A DNA stretch of 63,608 nt from a bacterium (GTDB taxonomy: Bacteria > Patescibacteriota > Patescibacteriia > UBA1558 > S5-K13), in NCBI GenBank assembly GCA_029555085.1, contig JAKPTO010000030.1, positions 1-63,608 of the forward strand, read 5' to 3'. A model generated the notes under the pieces. That model was not told the DNA's origin and did not search any database. It was given only the letters and a program-made list of their open reading frames with translations. Position numbers and translations under genes: made by a program. Numbering within the stretch: the stretch's first letter is position 1; every line of letters begins with the position of its first letter. Below, piece by piece: positions 7,434 to 16,647 of this stretch.

Positions 7434-10169
7434 ATGAAATATTTCAAAAACTCAAAAATGTTTTATTTTAGTGGATTTTTTATATTATTACTTTTTTTAG
7501 TAATAGTAATCCCTAATATAACTGACGCTCAATGGGTAGAACCTGGTTCTGATCCTCCACACAATAATATGCCACTTCCGCTTAATCAAAGCGCTATGGG
7601 GCAATATAAAATAGGACCACTTGTAATAGGTAGTTCTACCATAAATCCAAATTATTTATTCAGTGTTGTTGAGGGGAATTCATTATTTAGTGAAGCATAT
7701 ATTTCAAAAGCTTTAACTGTTCAAGATGGAGCCCAAATAATATTATCTGGCACTAATTCAAAAGTGAATTTATCAAATGGTTCGTCTATAAATTTATCTC
7801 CAGGCACTTCCTTAATAGGAAAATCTGACAATACAGGGAGTGCTATAAGTATTACTCATAGTGGAGATAGTTCACATAGTGGAATTTATTCTTATTCTCC
7901 AGGTGGTTATGCAATTGACACAAGAACAGATAATGGAGTTGCTTTTTTTGCTAATTCCGAGAATGGATGGTCGGTATTTGCTCAAACAAACAAGGGCGTA
8001 GCATTATATGGTAAAAGTGATGACAATTTGGGTGTTGCTGGTAGATTTGATGGAAAAGTTGTATTCAATAATTTATCTGGAACAGAACTTGCTAATATAA
8101 AATCAGGATATTTAACCTCCAAAGGTATTACAACAGTATATCCTCAGGCATTTTATCAAGTAGGAGATGACAATGTATATCAGGAAAATACCGTGGTAAC
8201 AAGTAGGTTGTGTTTTGCGTCAACAACTGCAGATGGATTACACAATCCAGCGCAACCAATGGATTGTAGATATGAATTTGGTACTGCTCCTTATGCAGAA
8301 ACTTGGTATATTTGGAGTTCAAATAATCCAAGTCTTCCAACTGGAGCTTATCAGCCAGCATCAATGAGTTTGGATGGGCTTATTTCTGTTAAATGTAATG
8401 ATGATGGTGTTCAAACAAATCCTTCAAAGGGTATAAAAATAGGAGAGGGTTCATATATATATGATAGTTCTTGTGACAGTGGCGGTGGTGGAGGAGGCGG
8501 GGGAAGTGAAATTCCTTTTAGTGAAACACTGCATATACAATCTCAGGAAGCAATTAAAATAGCTTCGACTAAATATATTGATTTAAAAATAAATCAGGGT
8601 AGTGGAAATGAAAAGGGAATGAGAATTATGAGCACTGGTGATATAGGAATAGGCAGAGATATTAATATGAATAATGATAAATCTATTGCCGTTAATCATA
8701 ATAATAATAGTAAGATTTATATTGGTAATTATTCTGATGGTTTAGGATTTGATTTTGGTACGAGTACACATGGTAATAATCTTACAGCATCATTAAGTGT
8801 TGAGGGGAGCGTAGCTGCTAATGCTTTATGTATGGGAGATGATTGTAGGAGTTCTTGGGGACAGGTTGCTTCTAATTTGTGGACATCGTCTTCCGATAAT
8901 AACAACATCTATCCTACAAATTTAAATGCAAATGTGGGAATAGGAACCACAACTCCTCAGGCGCAATTGCATGTTAATGGTGGAATATATTTAACACCAA
9001 CAACAACACAATTTGCTAAAAATATTCTTTTTAATAATTCGAATGGTGATCTAGTTTGGAGGGGTGGTATTATGTTGGTTGGGGGAGATCTAGGTCCAAA
9101 TCTACATCTAGTTTATGAGACTTGGCAAAACTCTAACGCAGCACCATGGGAGTGGGGCTATAACTCTATAAACGAAGAGCACATATATGGTAAAGGTAAT
9201 CCCAATGGTAATGCTAATTTTAACGTTTCAACTCATCCTGGTAAAAAAATATATAATTTTGCTTTTAACACAGCGTATTTAGAAGCGGGGACTAACTATA
9301 TAATATCCTTTAATGCTCAATCAACAAGCAGTGATGCGAATTATTTTGGATTTGTTTATAACATAAATACAAGCATCAATTCAGATGGAAACAGTTTAAG
9401 CGTGTTGATAATGAAAAAAATAAAAAATTTGGAAAATTATCTTCACTTTATTCCAGAATCTACAGGAATACACAATCTTGCATTTTTTAGTTTTGTAAAA
9501 GATGGAGAAATTACAATTAATAATTTTAGCATAAGAAAACAAGATTCACCGGGTAATATATCAGTTTCTGGTTTATATACTGGTATAGGTGGCTCTGAGG
9601 GGATAAAAGTAGATCCATTTGGTAATGTTGGGATTGGAACATCTGTCCCAGCCGCAGAATTACATGTAGATGGAGATGTTATAATTTCTGGTAGTCTTTG
9701 TGTGGGTGGATTGTGCGTGAATGATCTTCGTTCGCAGTTACAGTGTCCACCAAAAATCGTTCCCGTTATTATTAGTGATGGTGTTTCTCCCTCTTTTGGA
9801 TATTTAAGTTATGAAGATTGCGATAACGAGACACATATTGATCGAGTAAGAATTGAAAAACCACAAATATGTGACTCTAGTTATGCATGTAAGTATTTGG
9901 CGGGTGCTGACCATATGCATACCGCCTATGATCCATGTGTTTCGTGTGAAGCGTTTTGTAAGGTTTTAGGATTGAAGACAAGGGATACAACATATTTTTA
10001 TGAGAACATTGACTATACAGACGATTATAATCAATATGGTGATATTTTTTATTGTGATACTTATCAATGCTATTTTCCTATAGGCGGAAACATTTTGTGG
10101 GGTCCACAGTCAAGTTCGGGTTATACTGGAAGAATAACAAGACTAATGAGTTGTACGTGTTATAAATAG
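7434..10169 (+). CDS. Large secreted or anchored fibre-like surface protein with a Cys-rich C-terminal domain
   Basis: 911 aa. An N-terminal hydrophobic anchor is followed by QWVEPGSDPPHNNMPLPLNQS. The motif (N)VGIGTxxPxAxLHVxG occurs twice (nt 8931-8980 and 9621-9677), as in tail-fibre or surface-fibre proteins. There is an eight-residue Gly linker. The last approximately 150 aa contain about 14 Cys. Confidence 0.8.
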   Translation: MKYFKNSKMFYFSGFFILLLFLVIVIPNITDAQWVEPGSDPPHNNMPLPLNQSAMGQYKIGPLVIGSSTINPNYLFSVVEGNSLFSEAYISKALTVQDGAQIILSGTNSKVNLSNGSSINLSPGTSLIGKSDNTGSAISITHSGDSSHSGIYSYSPGGYAIDTRTDNGVAFFANSENGWSVFAQTNKGVALYGKSDDNLGVAGRFDGKVVFNNLSGTELANIKSGYLTSKGITTVYPQAFYQVGDDNVYQENTVVTSRLCFASTTADGLHNPAQPMDCRYEFGTAPYAETWYIWSSNNPSLPTGAYQPASMSLDGLISVKCNDDGVQTNPSKGIKIGEGSYIYDSSCDSGGGGGGGGSEIPFSETLHIQSQEAIKIASTKYIDLKINQGSGNEKGMRIMSTGDIGIGRDINMNNDKSIAVNHNNNSKIYIGNYSDGLGFDFGTSTHGNNLTASLSVEGSVAANALCMGDDCRSSWGQVASNLWTSSSDNNNIYPTNLNANVGIGTTTPQAQLHVNGGIYLTPTTTQFAKNILFNNSNGDLVWRGGIMLVGGDLGPNLHLVYETWQNSNAAPWEWGYNSINEEHIYGKGNPNGNANFNVSTHPGKKIYNFAFNTAYLEAGTNYIISFNAQSTSSDANYFGFVYNINTSINSDGNSLSVLIMKKIKNLENYLHFIPESTGIHNLAFFSFVKDGEITINNFSIRKQDSPGNISVSGLYTGIGGSEGIKVDPFGNVGIGTSVPAAELHVDGDVIISGSLCVGGLCVNDLRSQLQCPPKIVPVIISDGVSPSFGYLSYEDCDNETHIDRVRIEKPQICDSSYACKYLAGADHMHTAYDPCVSCEAFCKVLGLKTRDTTYFYENIDYTDDYNQYGDIFYCDTYQCYFPIGGNILWGPQSSSGYTGRITRLMSCTCYK

Positions 10170-10241
10170 AAAAAGTATTATTGAATAATTTTTATACTAG
10201 TTTGATGGATAATTTATTTTAATTTTTAATATATTAGTTTT

Positions 10242-12062
10242 ATGAAAAAATTATTTATTCCATTTGTTGTCTTAATATTATTTACAGTAGGTATTTTTAA
10301 CTTTGATGTTGTGTTTTCAGCTGTAGATGAACATTTTCCAGCTCCAAACTGTAGTGCTGGTCAGTGTTACTGTGAAGCTACGGAATATCCATATCTTGAT
10401 AGGGATAGGGGTCTATGTATAGGAGAAAGTGATATATCCTTAAAAGAGGAGAGAAATATAAATAATATAAAATCAATGGGTCTTGAGCTTACAAGTATTA
10501 AAAACAATTATGCTCCTCATTTTATATTTTTATCCGAGGATTTGAGAAATGTTTTAATAGTAAAATTATCTTCTTATTGCGACGACACTCTTAGTGTTAG
10601 TACTTCAACAGTAAAAACTAGTGTGCCACGCGCTCAAAGAGATACTTTTTTTAGAGATAAATATGTTCCACATTTAGGACTTACAAAAGCAGTTGATATT
10701 TTAGGTAAATATGATAGTTTGGGAAACTCTATTCAACATTTAATTACATTAGCGAATACAACAAATCTGTATATTAAAAATAGCGCGATAGATATGGGAG
10801 ATGTGTCTGCTAGTTTGAGTAGTGCAATTACAGAGTTAGGTAATTACATTGATAAATTGAATTCTGATTTAACGGATTTGGGAGGTGTTATTTCTGGTTT
10901 TGATGTAAATAATTTTTATAGTTTTCAGAATTTTTCAGATTTATATAGTGAGTATGAAGCAAGTTTTGGGTCTTCTCTTGATTTATACTTAGAATCTAAA
11001 GACGAGGTTGTGGGTATAGCTATGGAGGCAATAAGAAGAGTCGAAGCAGCGTATAATGAAAATTCCAGTATTAAGGCAGATCCTTATAGTATTTCAGTGG
11101 GAGATAGTTCTGAAGTTACTGTGTCAGTAAGAGATTCTCTAAATAATCCTATAATTGGAAGAACTGTAACACTAATAAGTAGTGGCGGAAATCCAATTAT
11201 AAGTCCAGAATTTCAGGCAACTAATGACAATGGAATAGCTGTGTTTAATGTTAAAGGAACTCAAGTAGGAAAAATTAGTTTAGAAGCAAAAATAGAAGGA
11301 GAAGATCTCGTGATATATGGAAGTTATTTAATAGAAGTTTTAATGAATCAAGCGCAGTTGAGATGCGAGGCGGAGAATGGAAAATGGACTGGAGAAACTT
11401 GTATTTGTCCAGATGGATTGACTTGGGATGAGCGACATTACCATTGCTTTAATCAAAAAGCGCAAGATGGATGTGTGGCTACCGGAGGTACTTGGATTCC
11501 AGAAACTCCTACTTGCAAATGTCCAAAAGAATTACCAATATGGAATGAAGCTAAGTTTATGTGTGTTTCTGAGGATACTCCGGGGAATCCACAAGAAAAT
11601 TGTATAAAAGATGGCGGAACATGGAATGGTAAAACATGTATATGTCGAGATGCTTATTTTTGGGATGCAGGTTGTAAAGATCCTCATTGTATAGAACGCG
11701 CTTCAAATCCAGCAGGAGCGTGTAATGCAGACGGCGGAACATGGGACAGTGAAACAAAAATATGCAAATGTCCAAAAGAATTACCAAAATGGGATGAAGC
11801 TAAGTTTATGTGTGTTAATGTAACTGATCAAGCTCCAGAGACGAATTGTAAAAAAGACGGCGGAACATGGGACGGTGAAACATGCATATGTCAAGATGCT
11901 TATTTTTGGGATGCAGATCCATCAAATCCTCATTGTATAGAGCGCGCTTCAAATCCAGCAGGAGCATGTAATGCGGATGGTGGAAAATGGGACGGTGAAA
12001 CATGTCAGTGCCCAGAGGGATTTATTTGGAACAAGGAAGAATCAATGTGTATAAAAAAATAA
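10242..12062 (+). CDS. Secreted protein with a bacterial Ig-like (Big_1/invasin-type) domain and six C-terminal Cys-rich approximately 30-aa modules
   Basis: 606 aa. A signal peptide ends in VFS/AV. The Ig-like segment reads DPYSISVGDSSEVTVSVRDSLNNPIIGRTVTLISSGGNP...NGIAVFNVKGTQVGKISLEAKI. It is followed by six repeats of the form C..(D)GG.W.G.TC.CP....W......C. Confidence 0.8.
   Translation: MKKLFIPFVVLILFTVGIFNFDVVFSAVDEHFPAPNCSAGQCYCEATEYPYLDRDRGLCIGESDISLKEERNINNIKSMGLELTSIKNNYAPHFIFLSEDLRNVLIVKLSSYCDDTLSVSTSTVKTSVPRAQRDTFFRDKYVPHLGLTKAVDILGKYDSLGNSIQHLITLANTTNLYIKNSAIDMGDVSASLSSAITELGNYIDKLNSDLTDLGGVISGFDVNNFYSFQNFSDLYSEYEASFGSSLDLYLESKDEVVGIAMEAIRRVEAAYNENSSIKADPYSISVGDSSEVTVSVRDSLNNPIIGRTVTLISSGGNPIISPEFQATNDNGIAVFNVKGTQVGKISLEAKIEGEDLVIYGSYLIEVLMNQAQLRCEAENGKWTGETCICPDGLTWDERHYHCFNQKAQDGCVATGGTWIPETPTCKCPKELPIWNEAKFMCVSEDTPGNPQENCIKDGGTWNGKTCICRDAYFWDAGCKDPHCIERASNPAGACNADGGTWDSETKICKCPKELPKWDEAKFMCVNVTDQAPETNCKKDGGTWDGETCICQDAYFWDADPSNPHCIERASNPAGACNADGGKWDGETCQCPEGFIWNKEESMCIKK
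11513..12008 (+). repeat. Intragenic tandem duplication (two units of about 250 bp) encoding Cys-module pairs
   Basis: The unit starting tgcaaatgtccaaaagaattaccaa at 11513 recurs at 11763. The two units align throughout with scattered substitutions of all types, roughly 85 percent identity by eye. The mirrored antisense ORFs 11557-11787 and 11815-12003 are a by-product of this repeat. Confidence 0.85.
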
Positions 12063-12085
12063 TATAATTTAAAAAATAATTATTT

Positions 12086-12316
12086 ATGAATATAGCAAAT
12101 AATAAAAAAACAATACTTTTGGGAATTTTAATCATTGTTTTTGCGCTTGTTATTATTTTTGGAGTAAGTTTTTTCTATTTAAATAGAAATAGAAACAAAA
12201 ATAAAACGAATGATAAAAAATATTATTTAAATATTGATGAAAATAAAGTCATTGAGAATCCAACGACAAACGATATTAAGAACCTAATCGACCAAATCGA
12301 AACTCAGGGTATTTAG
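12086..12316 (+). CDS. Small single-pass membrane protein
   Basis: 76 aa. It has one TM helix (ILLGILIIVFALVIIFGVSFFY) and sits between two giant surface-protein genes on the same strand. Confidence 0.4.
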   Translation: MNIANNKKTILLGILIIVFALVIIFGVSFFYLNRNRNKNKTNDKKYYLNIDENKVIENPTTNDIKNLIDQIETQGI

Positions 12317-12360
12317 TTTGGATAATTATCATTTCAGAAAATATAAAAATACAATTTTTA

Positions 12361-15360
12361 ATGAAAAAAAATATATTAAAACTTTTTATATTGTGCGCTG
12401 TGTTTGTATTGTTTTTTGGAACAATTTTGTTTTTTAGTTTTAGTAATAATAAAAATGTTCTTGCTGTTGAAGATATTACAGGTGGTTGGTTTTGGTCTCC
12501 GCACATTGGTTGGGCGTCGCAAAATTGCAGTAATAGATATTACGGTATTTCATCTTCTGATTATAAAAATTATTGCGGAATAGAGAGATCACCTTATTTA
12601 GATGTTAATTTTAATGGCAAAGATATTTTAATCGGAGAATCTAAAATTATAGATAGTTCTGGAAACGATATAAATGGAATATATAAAGATAATTCCGGAA
12701 ACAAAAATGTTAATGTAAATAATATAAAAATAGGTAGAAGTAACGCAATAAATGGTTATGATGCCTCTTTTACTGGATTTGATTCTTCGGCTATAGAATT
12801 TAAAGATAGAAAGTTTGATATTCATAAATCTGATTATTTTTTTACAATCAGTATGTGGTTTAAAGCGAATCCAGATGATATACAAGAAGCAGAAGCTATG
12901 TTATTTTCTCATCATTCATCATTGTCACATTCTCCAGGAGAGCAAAAAAAATATTATTGCGCTTTATACAAAACATCAATTGCAAGAGAGGATAGAATAA
13001 AGTGCATGTTACATACTTATAGCATTGATAAAACAATAGAATTAGATGATAGGTGGCATAACTTGGTATTGGTATATAATGGAAAAACTTTAAAATTATA
13101 TTTAGATGGTAATGAATATGGATCTGTAAATACGGGAAATTTTAATTATTCGGCAAGTGGCGGGGATGTGACGCTTATTCTCGGAAATTCAAAACCAGGA
13201 TCAGTATATGAAAATGTATTTCCTGGGCAAGTTGATGATTTTAGATTTTGGAGAGAAGCGTTGACATTGGAAGAAATTCAAAAAAATCAATTTTACAACT
13301 CTAATTATGGATTAACAGTTGATGAGAATGGATTTTTAAGTGGATGGTCCTGGTCAAGTCATTATGGTTGGATTTGTTTTGGTGAAACATGTAGAGATGG
13401 CACTCGTCCACATTCAAATATTAATAATGAAACAAAAATTCACAAAACAACAAATTCTGCAAATGGGATATATAAAGACATGATAACTGGTTGGGCGCAA
13501 ATAATAAATTTAAAAGATCATGGTTGGATTGCTTTGAATACAGATCGTGATGAACCAGTTAGTGGTTCTACATATAAAGATTGCGCTAGTTGTATGTCGA
13601 AGGATACAGAAACAGATCTTATTACTTATTTTAAAATGGATGAAGAATCTGGGGATGTAATTTCTGATTATTCTGGTCTTCAACATAATGGGCGATTAAT
13701 TTCAAATAATCAAAATTTTTCATATCCAAATGGCAGGGTTAATAATTGTATATATTTAGATGGAGACGATTATATACAGGTAGATGAAAAATATAACATC
13801 AGAGACAGAGATTTTTCTTTTGAAATTTGGTTTAAACCAAATACTTCCCAGGAAGAAACAATTATAAGCTCTGACCAATTTAATCTTAAAAAAACAGATA
13901 GGGATATTAAATTTGAGTTTATGGAGGTAGGCGATAGTTTATCTAGGGAATATGAATTAAGGACTAATGAATGGTATCATCTTTTGATTTCTGTAAAAAG
14001 AAACGATGATAAAATTTCAGTTTTTTTGTATGTTAATGGTTCTGTGGTTGCGCATTCAGATATGAATGGATATGATAATTTGAAGATAGGTAATTTGAGA
14101 ATTGGAGGTAGTCAAGGTGATGGTTCGAATAATTTTTTTGGATCTATTGATATATTTAGATTATATACAAGAATTTTTTCAGAAGAAGATGCTTTGTATA
14201 ATTATAAATATCCAGAAAAGCGTTTATGTTCGGGATGTTTTCATATTTTTTTAGATGAAAACAAGAATACAAAAAGACATATATGTTATGATTGCAAAAA
14301 GTGCTCTATTTCAGAAGATGCAACATATTCTTATAATTGCGATTCATGTGCTAAGTGTAAAAAATATGGTTTAATTTTTGATTCTAATGAATCAAATATA
14401 AAGGGATTTGCGTGGAATGGTCCAGTTAATCCATTAACAATTAACGAAAGTGGAGTTGGTTGGATACAGTTTTCCCCAAGTCTTTCAGCTGGCGTATATC
14501 AATCTTATGTTTCAGGAAAATATGGAAATATTTATAGTCGTACGAATATAGGAAGCGAGTCTAGTGTCGCGCCACCAGTAGGAAGATATAATGCGACTTA
14601 TTTAATACAGGCAAATGGAGATATTACAAATTGGATTAGCGAGCAAATGATAATCACGGGAGATTCTGGAAATATTTCAGGATATGATTATTCAAGTAAT
14701 TGGATTAACAGAGGCGTTGATTATGAATTTCCTAGTTCAGATAATAGTTATGGAAATATTTTGGGGTCATTAGATTATGATGGGATTATTGGGGGAGAAT
14801 ATGGAAATGTTATAGAAAGATTACCCACACCAGGAGAATGTTTAAATGGTCGTATTTATAAAAAAACTGATGATGTCACCATTGAAGATCCATATATTTT
14901 TCAAGATGGACAATGTTCCAATACTTCCGGCGTAATTGTTATAGAGGGTCGTTTGACAATTAATAAAGATATAACTTATTCATCTCCATCAATATCACAA
15001 GTTAAGCAATTATCCTCAGTCGTTTGGATAATTAAAGGGGATTTAATAATCAATCCAAATGTTACTAATTTGGCGGGTACTTTTATAGTTTTAGGTAAAG
15101 ATGGTGTTGAGTGTGGAGATAATATGAGCCATCTAGAGCGAAATTGCGGAGCGATATATACAGGATCGTCTAATAAGCAATTGTTGGTTTCCGGACAATT
15201 TCTAGCAAAAGCATTTAAATTTGAAAGAACATATAAAAGTGATTTTAGAGAACCAGCGGAATTAATTATTTATGATGGAAGAAATATAGTAAATCCTCCA
15301 CCAGGATTGGGAGATGTATTAAAATCCTTTCCACGATGGGATCAGATAGCGCCTTATTGA
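12361..15360 (+). CDS. Giant secreted protein with two LamG/concanavalin-A-like lectin domains, Trp-rich GWxWS..(I/Y)GWI repeats and an internal Cys cluster
   Basis: 999 aa with an N-terminal anchor. The first Laminin_G_3-type signature is WHNLVLVYNGKTLKLYLDGNEYG...GQVDDFRFWREALTLEEI. The second is WYHLLISV...VFLYVNGSVVAHS...GSIDIFRLYTRIFSEEDA. The repeated Trp motifs are GGWFWSPHIGWAS, GWSWSSHYGWICF, GWAQI..HGWIAL and GFAWNG..GVGWIQF. The Cys cluster reads CSGCFH..CYDCKKCS..CDSCAKCKKYG. Confidence 0.85.
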   Translation: MKKNILKLFILCAVFVLFFGTILFFSFSNNKNVLAVEDITGGWFWSPHIGWASQNCSNRYYGISSSDYKNYCGIERSPYLDVNFNGKDILIGESKIIDSSGNDINGIYKDNSGNKNVNVNNIKIGRSNAINGYDASFTGFDSSAIEFKDRKFDIHKSDYFFTISMWFKANPDDIQEAEAMLFSHHSSLSHSPGEQKKYYCALYKTSIAREDRIKCMLHTYSIDKTIELDDRWHNLVLVYNGKTLKLYLDGNEYGSVNTGNFNYSASGGDVTLILGNSKPGSVYENVFPGQVDDFRFWREALTLEEIQKNQFYNSNYGLTVDENGFLSGWSWSSHYGWICFGETCRDGTRPHSNINNETKIHKTTNSANGIYKDMITGWAQIINLKDHGWIALNTDRDEPVSGSTYKDCASCMSKDTETDLITYFKMDEESGDVISDYSGLQHNGRLISNNQNFSYPNGRVNNCIYLDGDDYIQVDEKYNIRDRDFSFEIWFKPNTSQEETIISSDQFNLKKTDRDIKFEFMEVGDSLSREYELRTNEWYHLLISVKRNDDKISVFLYVNGSVVAHSDMNGYDNLKIGNLRIGGSQGDGSNNFFGSIDIFRLYTRIFSEEDALYNYKYPEKRLCSGCFHIFLDENKNTKRHICYDCKKCSISEDATYSYNCDSCAKCKKYGLIFDSNESNIKGFAWNGPVNPLTINESGVGWIQFSPSLSAGVYQSYVSGKYGNIYSRTNIGSESSVAPPVGRYNATYLIQANGDITNWISEQMIITGDSGNISGYDYSSNWINRGVDYEFPSSDNSYGNILGSLDYDGIIGGEYGNVIERLPTPGECLNGRIYKKTDDVTIEDPYIFQDGQCSNTSGVIVIEGRLTINKDITYSSPSISQVKQLSSVVWIIKGDLIINPNVTNLAGTFIVLGKDGVECGDNMSHLERNCGAIYTGSSNKQLLVSGQFLAKAFKFERTYKSDFREPAELIIYDGRNIVNPPPGLGDVLKSFPRWDQIAPY

Positions 15361-15488
15361 TTAACAGGGTAAGAGGTTAAAAAATAAATAAAGTAAACAA
15401 TTTTAACAAGTATGAAGTTTTGAAACTCAAATGTTTAAAATTTTTTTCGAATTTTAAACTTGATACTTGAGATTAATAATTTAACATT

Positions 15489-16607
15489 ATGGGTTTATTT
15501 TCTAAAAAAAATCAAAATTTTTTGGGTGTAGATATAGGTACATCTGGAATTAAATTAGTTCAACTTGCAAATGAGAAGGGTACGGCTCGTCTTGTTACAT
15601 ATGGATTAGCTGAGATAAATACGGAAATAATAAGAAACAAAACAACTCAAAATATAAATATTGTAGCTGGTAGACTCGCCGGTCTAGTTCAGAAATCAAG
15701 AGTTTCAACAAAAGATTGTTCTGCGGCGCTACCTATTTTTTCAGTATTTAATTCAGTTATAAGCTTACCAGCTATGTCGAAAAATGATATGGATTCTGCT
15801 GTAAAATGGGAAGCAAAAAAATTTATTCCTTTTCCAATAGAAGATATGATTTTGGATTGGAGAGTAATTGCCGATACACAGAATAAACATCAAACAATTT
15901 ATAATGAAAAATCATATGGCAGTACTTCAAATTCTATTGATCAGGACATTATAAAAACAAAATCAAAATTTATAAAAGTTTTATTAACAGCAGCTCCAAA
16001 GAATGTAGTTGCTGTGTATATTGAAATTTTTAAAAAAGCCCAGTTAAATTTATTGAGTTTAGAAGTTGAGTCGTTTGCAATCGCTAGGTCTCTAATTGAT
16101 CAAAATACAAACAATGTAATGGTAATTGACATAGGTTCCGTAACAACAGATGTTTGTGTGGTTGAAAACGGTTTGCCTATTTTAAATAGAAGTATAGAGG
16201 TTGGCGGTAATTTAATGACAGAAAGTATTGCTAGAAGCTTAAATATTAGTTTTGAAAGAGCTGAGCAGTTTAAACAAGATTTTGGTTTAGCGACTAATTT
16301 AGACGAAGGCATATCAATTCCTAAAAAAATAGAAGAAACCTTAGCGCCAATGGTAAATGAAATAAAATATGTTTTTGATTTATATAAAAGACAGAGTAAT
16401 AGTAGGATAGATTCCATAATATTAACTGGCGGATCCGCGTATTTACCAAATTTAATAGATTATTTGAAAAAGGTTTTGAATGCCCCAGTATATATAGGAG
16501 ATCCATGGCACAAAGTTATGTATCCAAAAGAACTTGAGCCAGTTTTGGATGAAATGGGGCCTAAATTCGGTGTTGCGATAGGCCTAGCGCTTAGAAATAT
16601 CATTTAA
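15489..16607 (+). CDS. pilM: Type IV pilus assembly protein PilM (actin/FtsA-like ATPase fold)
   Basis: 372 aa. The phosphate-1 loop is LGVDIGTSGIKLVQL, followed by VIDIGSVTTDVCV and ILTGGSAYLPNL. It is the first gene of a pilMNO-ordered set. Confidence 0.9.
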   Translation: MGLFSKKNQNFLGVDIGTSGIKLVQLANEKGTARLVTYGLAEINTEIIRNKTTQNINIVAGRLAGLVQKSRVSTKDCSAALPIFSVFNSVISLPAMSKNDMDSAVKWEAKKFIPFPIEDMILDWRVIADTQNKHQTIYNEKSYGSTSNSIDQDIIKTKSKFIKVLLTAAPKNVVAVYIEIFKKAQLNLLSLEVESFAIARSLIDQNTNNVMVIDIGSVTTDVCVVENGLPILNRSIEVGGNLMTESIARSLNISFERAEQFKQDFGLATNLDEGISIPKKIEETLAPMVNEIKYVFDLYKRQSNSRIDSIILTGGSAYLPNLIDYLKKVLNAPVYIGDPWHKVMYPKELEPVLDEMGPKFGVAIGLALRNII

Positions 16608-16647
16608 TTTATTTGTTGTTTTTTAGTTTATAAACTATAATTAATAC

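Noticed and set aside
8481-8504. Poly-Gly coding tract as a slipped-strand phase-variation site
   Set aside because: The DNA is a mix of ggc/ggt/gga/ggg codons (ggcggtggtggaggaggcggggga), not a homopolymer or a perfect short tandem repeat. It is more likely a flexible linker.
11557-12003. Minus-strand ORFs 11557-11787 and 11815-12003, which resemble each other
   Set aside because: Their similarity is a by-product of the 250-bp tandem duplication inside the plus-strand adhesin gene. They are antisense to a strongly supported CDS.
11513-12008. Possible DGR template/variable repeat pair
   Set aside because: No reverse transcriptase gene is in the window. The mismatches between the two units involve all base types rather than adenine-specific changes. 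Both copies lie in frame in the same gene.
12276-12506. Minus-strand ORF spanning the intergenic region and the start of the LamG gene
   Set aside because: It overlaps two plus-strand genes and their junction, has implausible composition, and has no SD.
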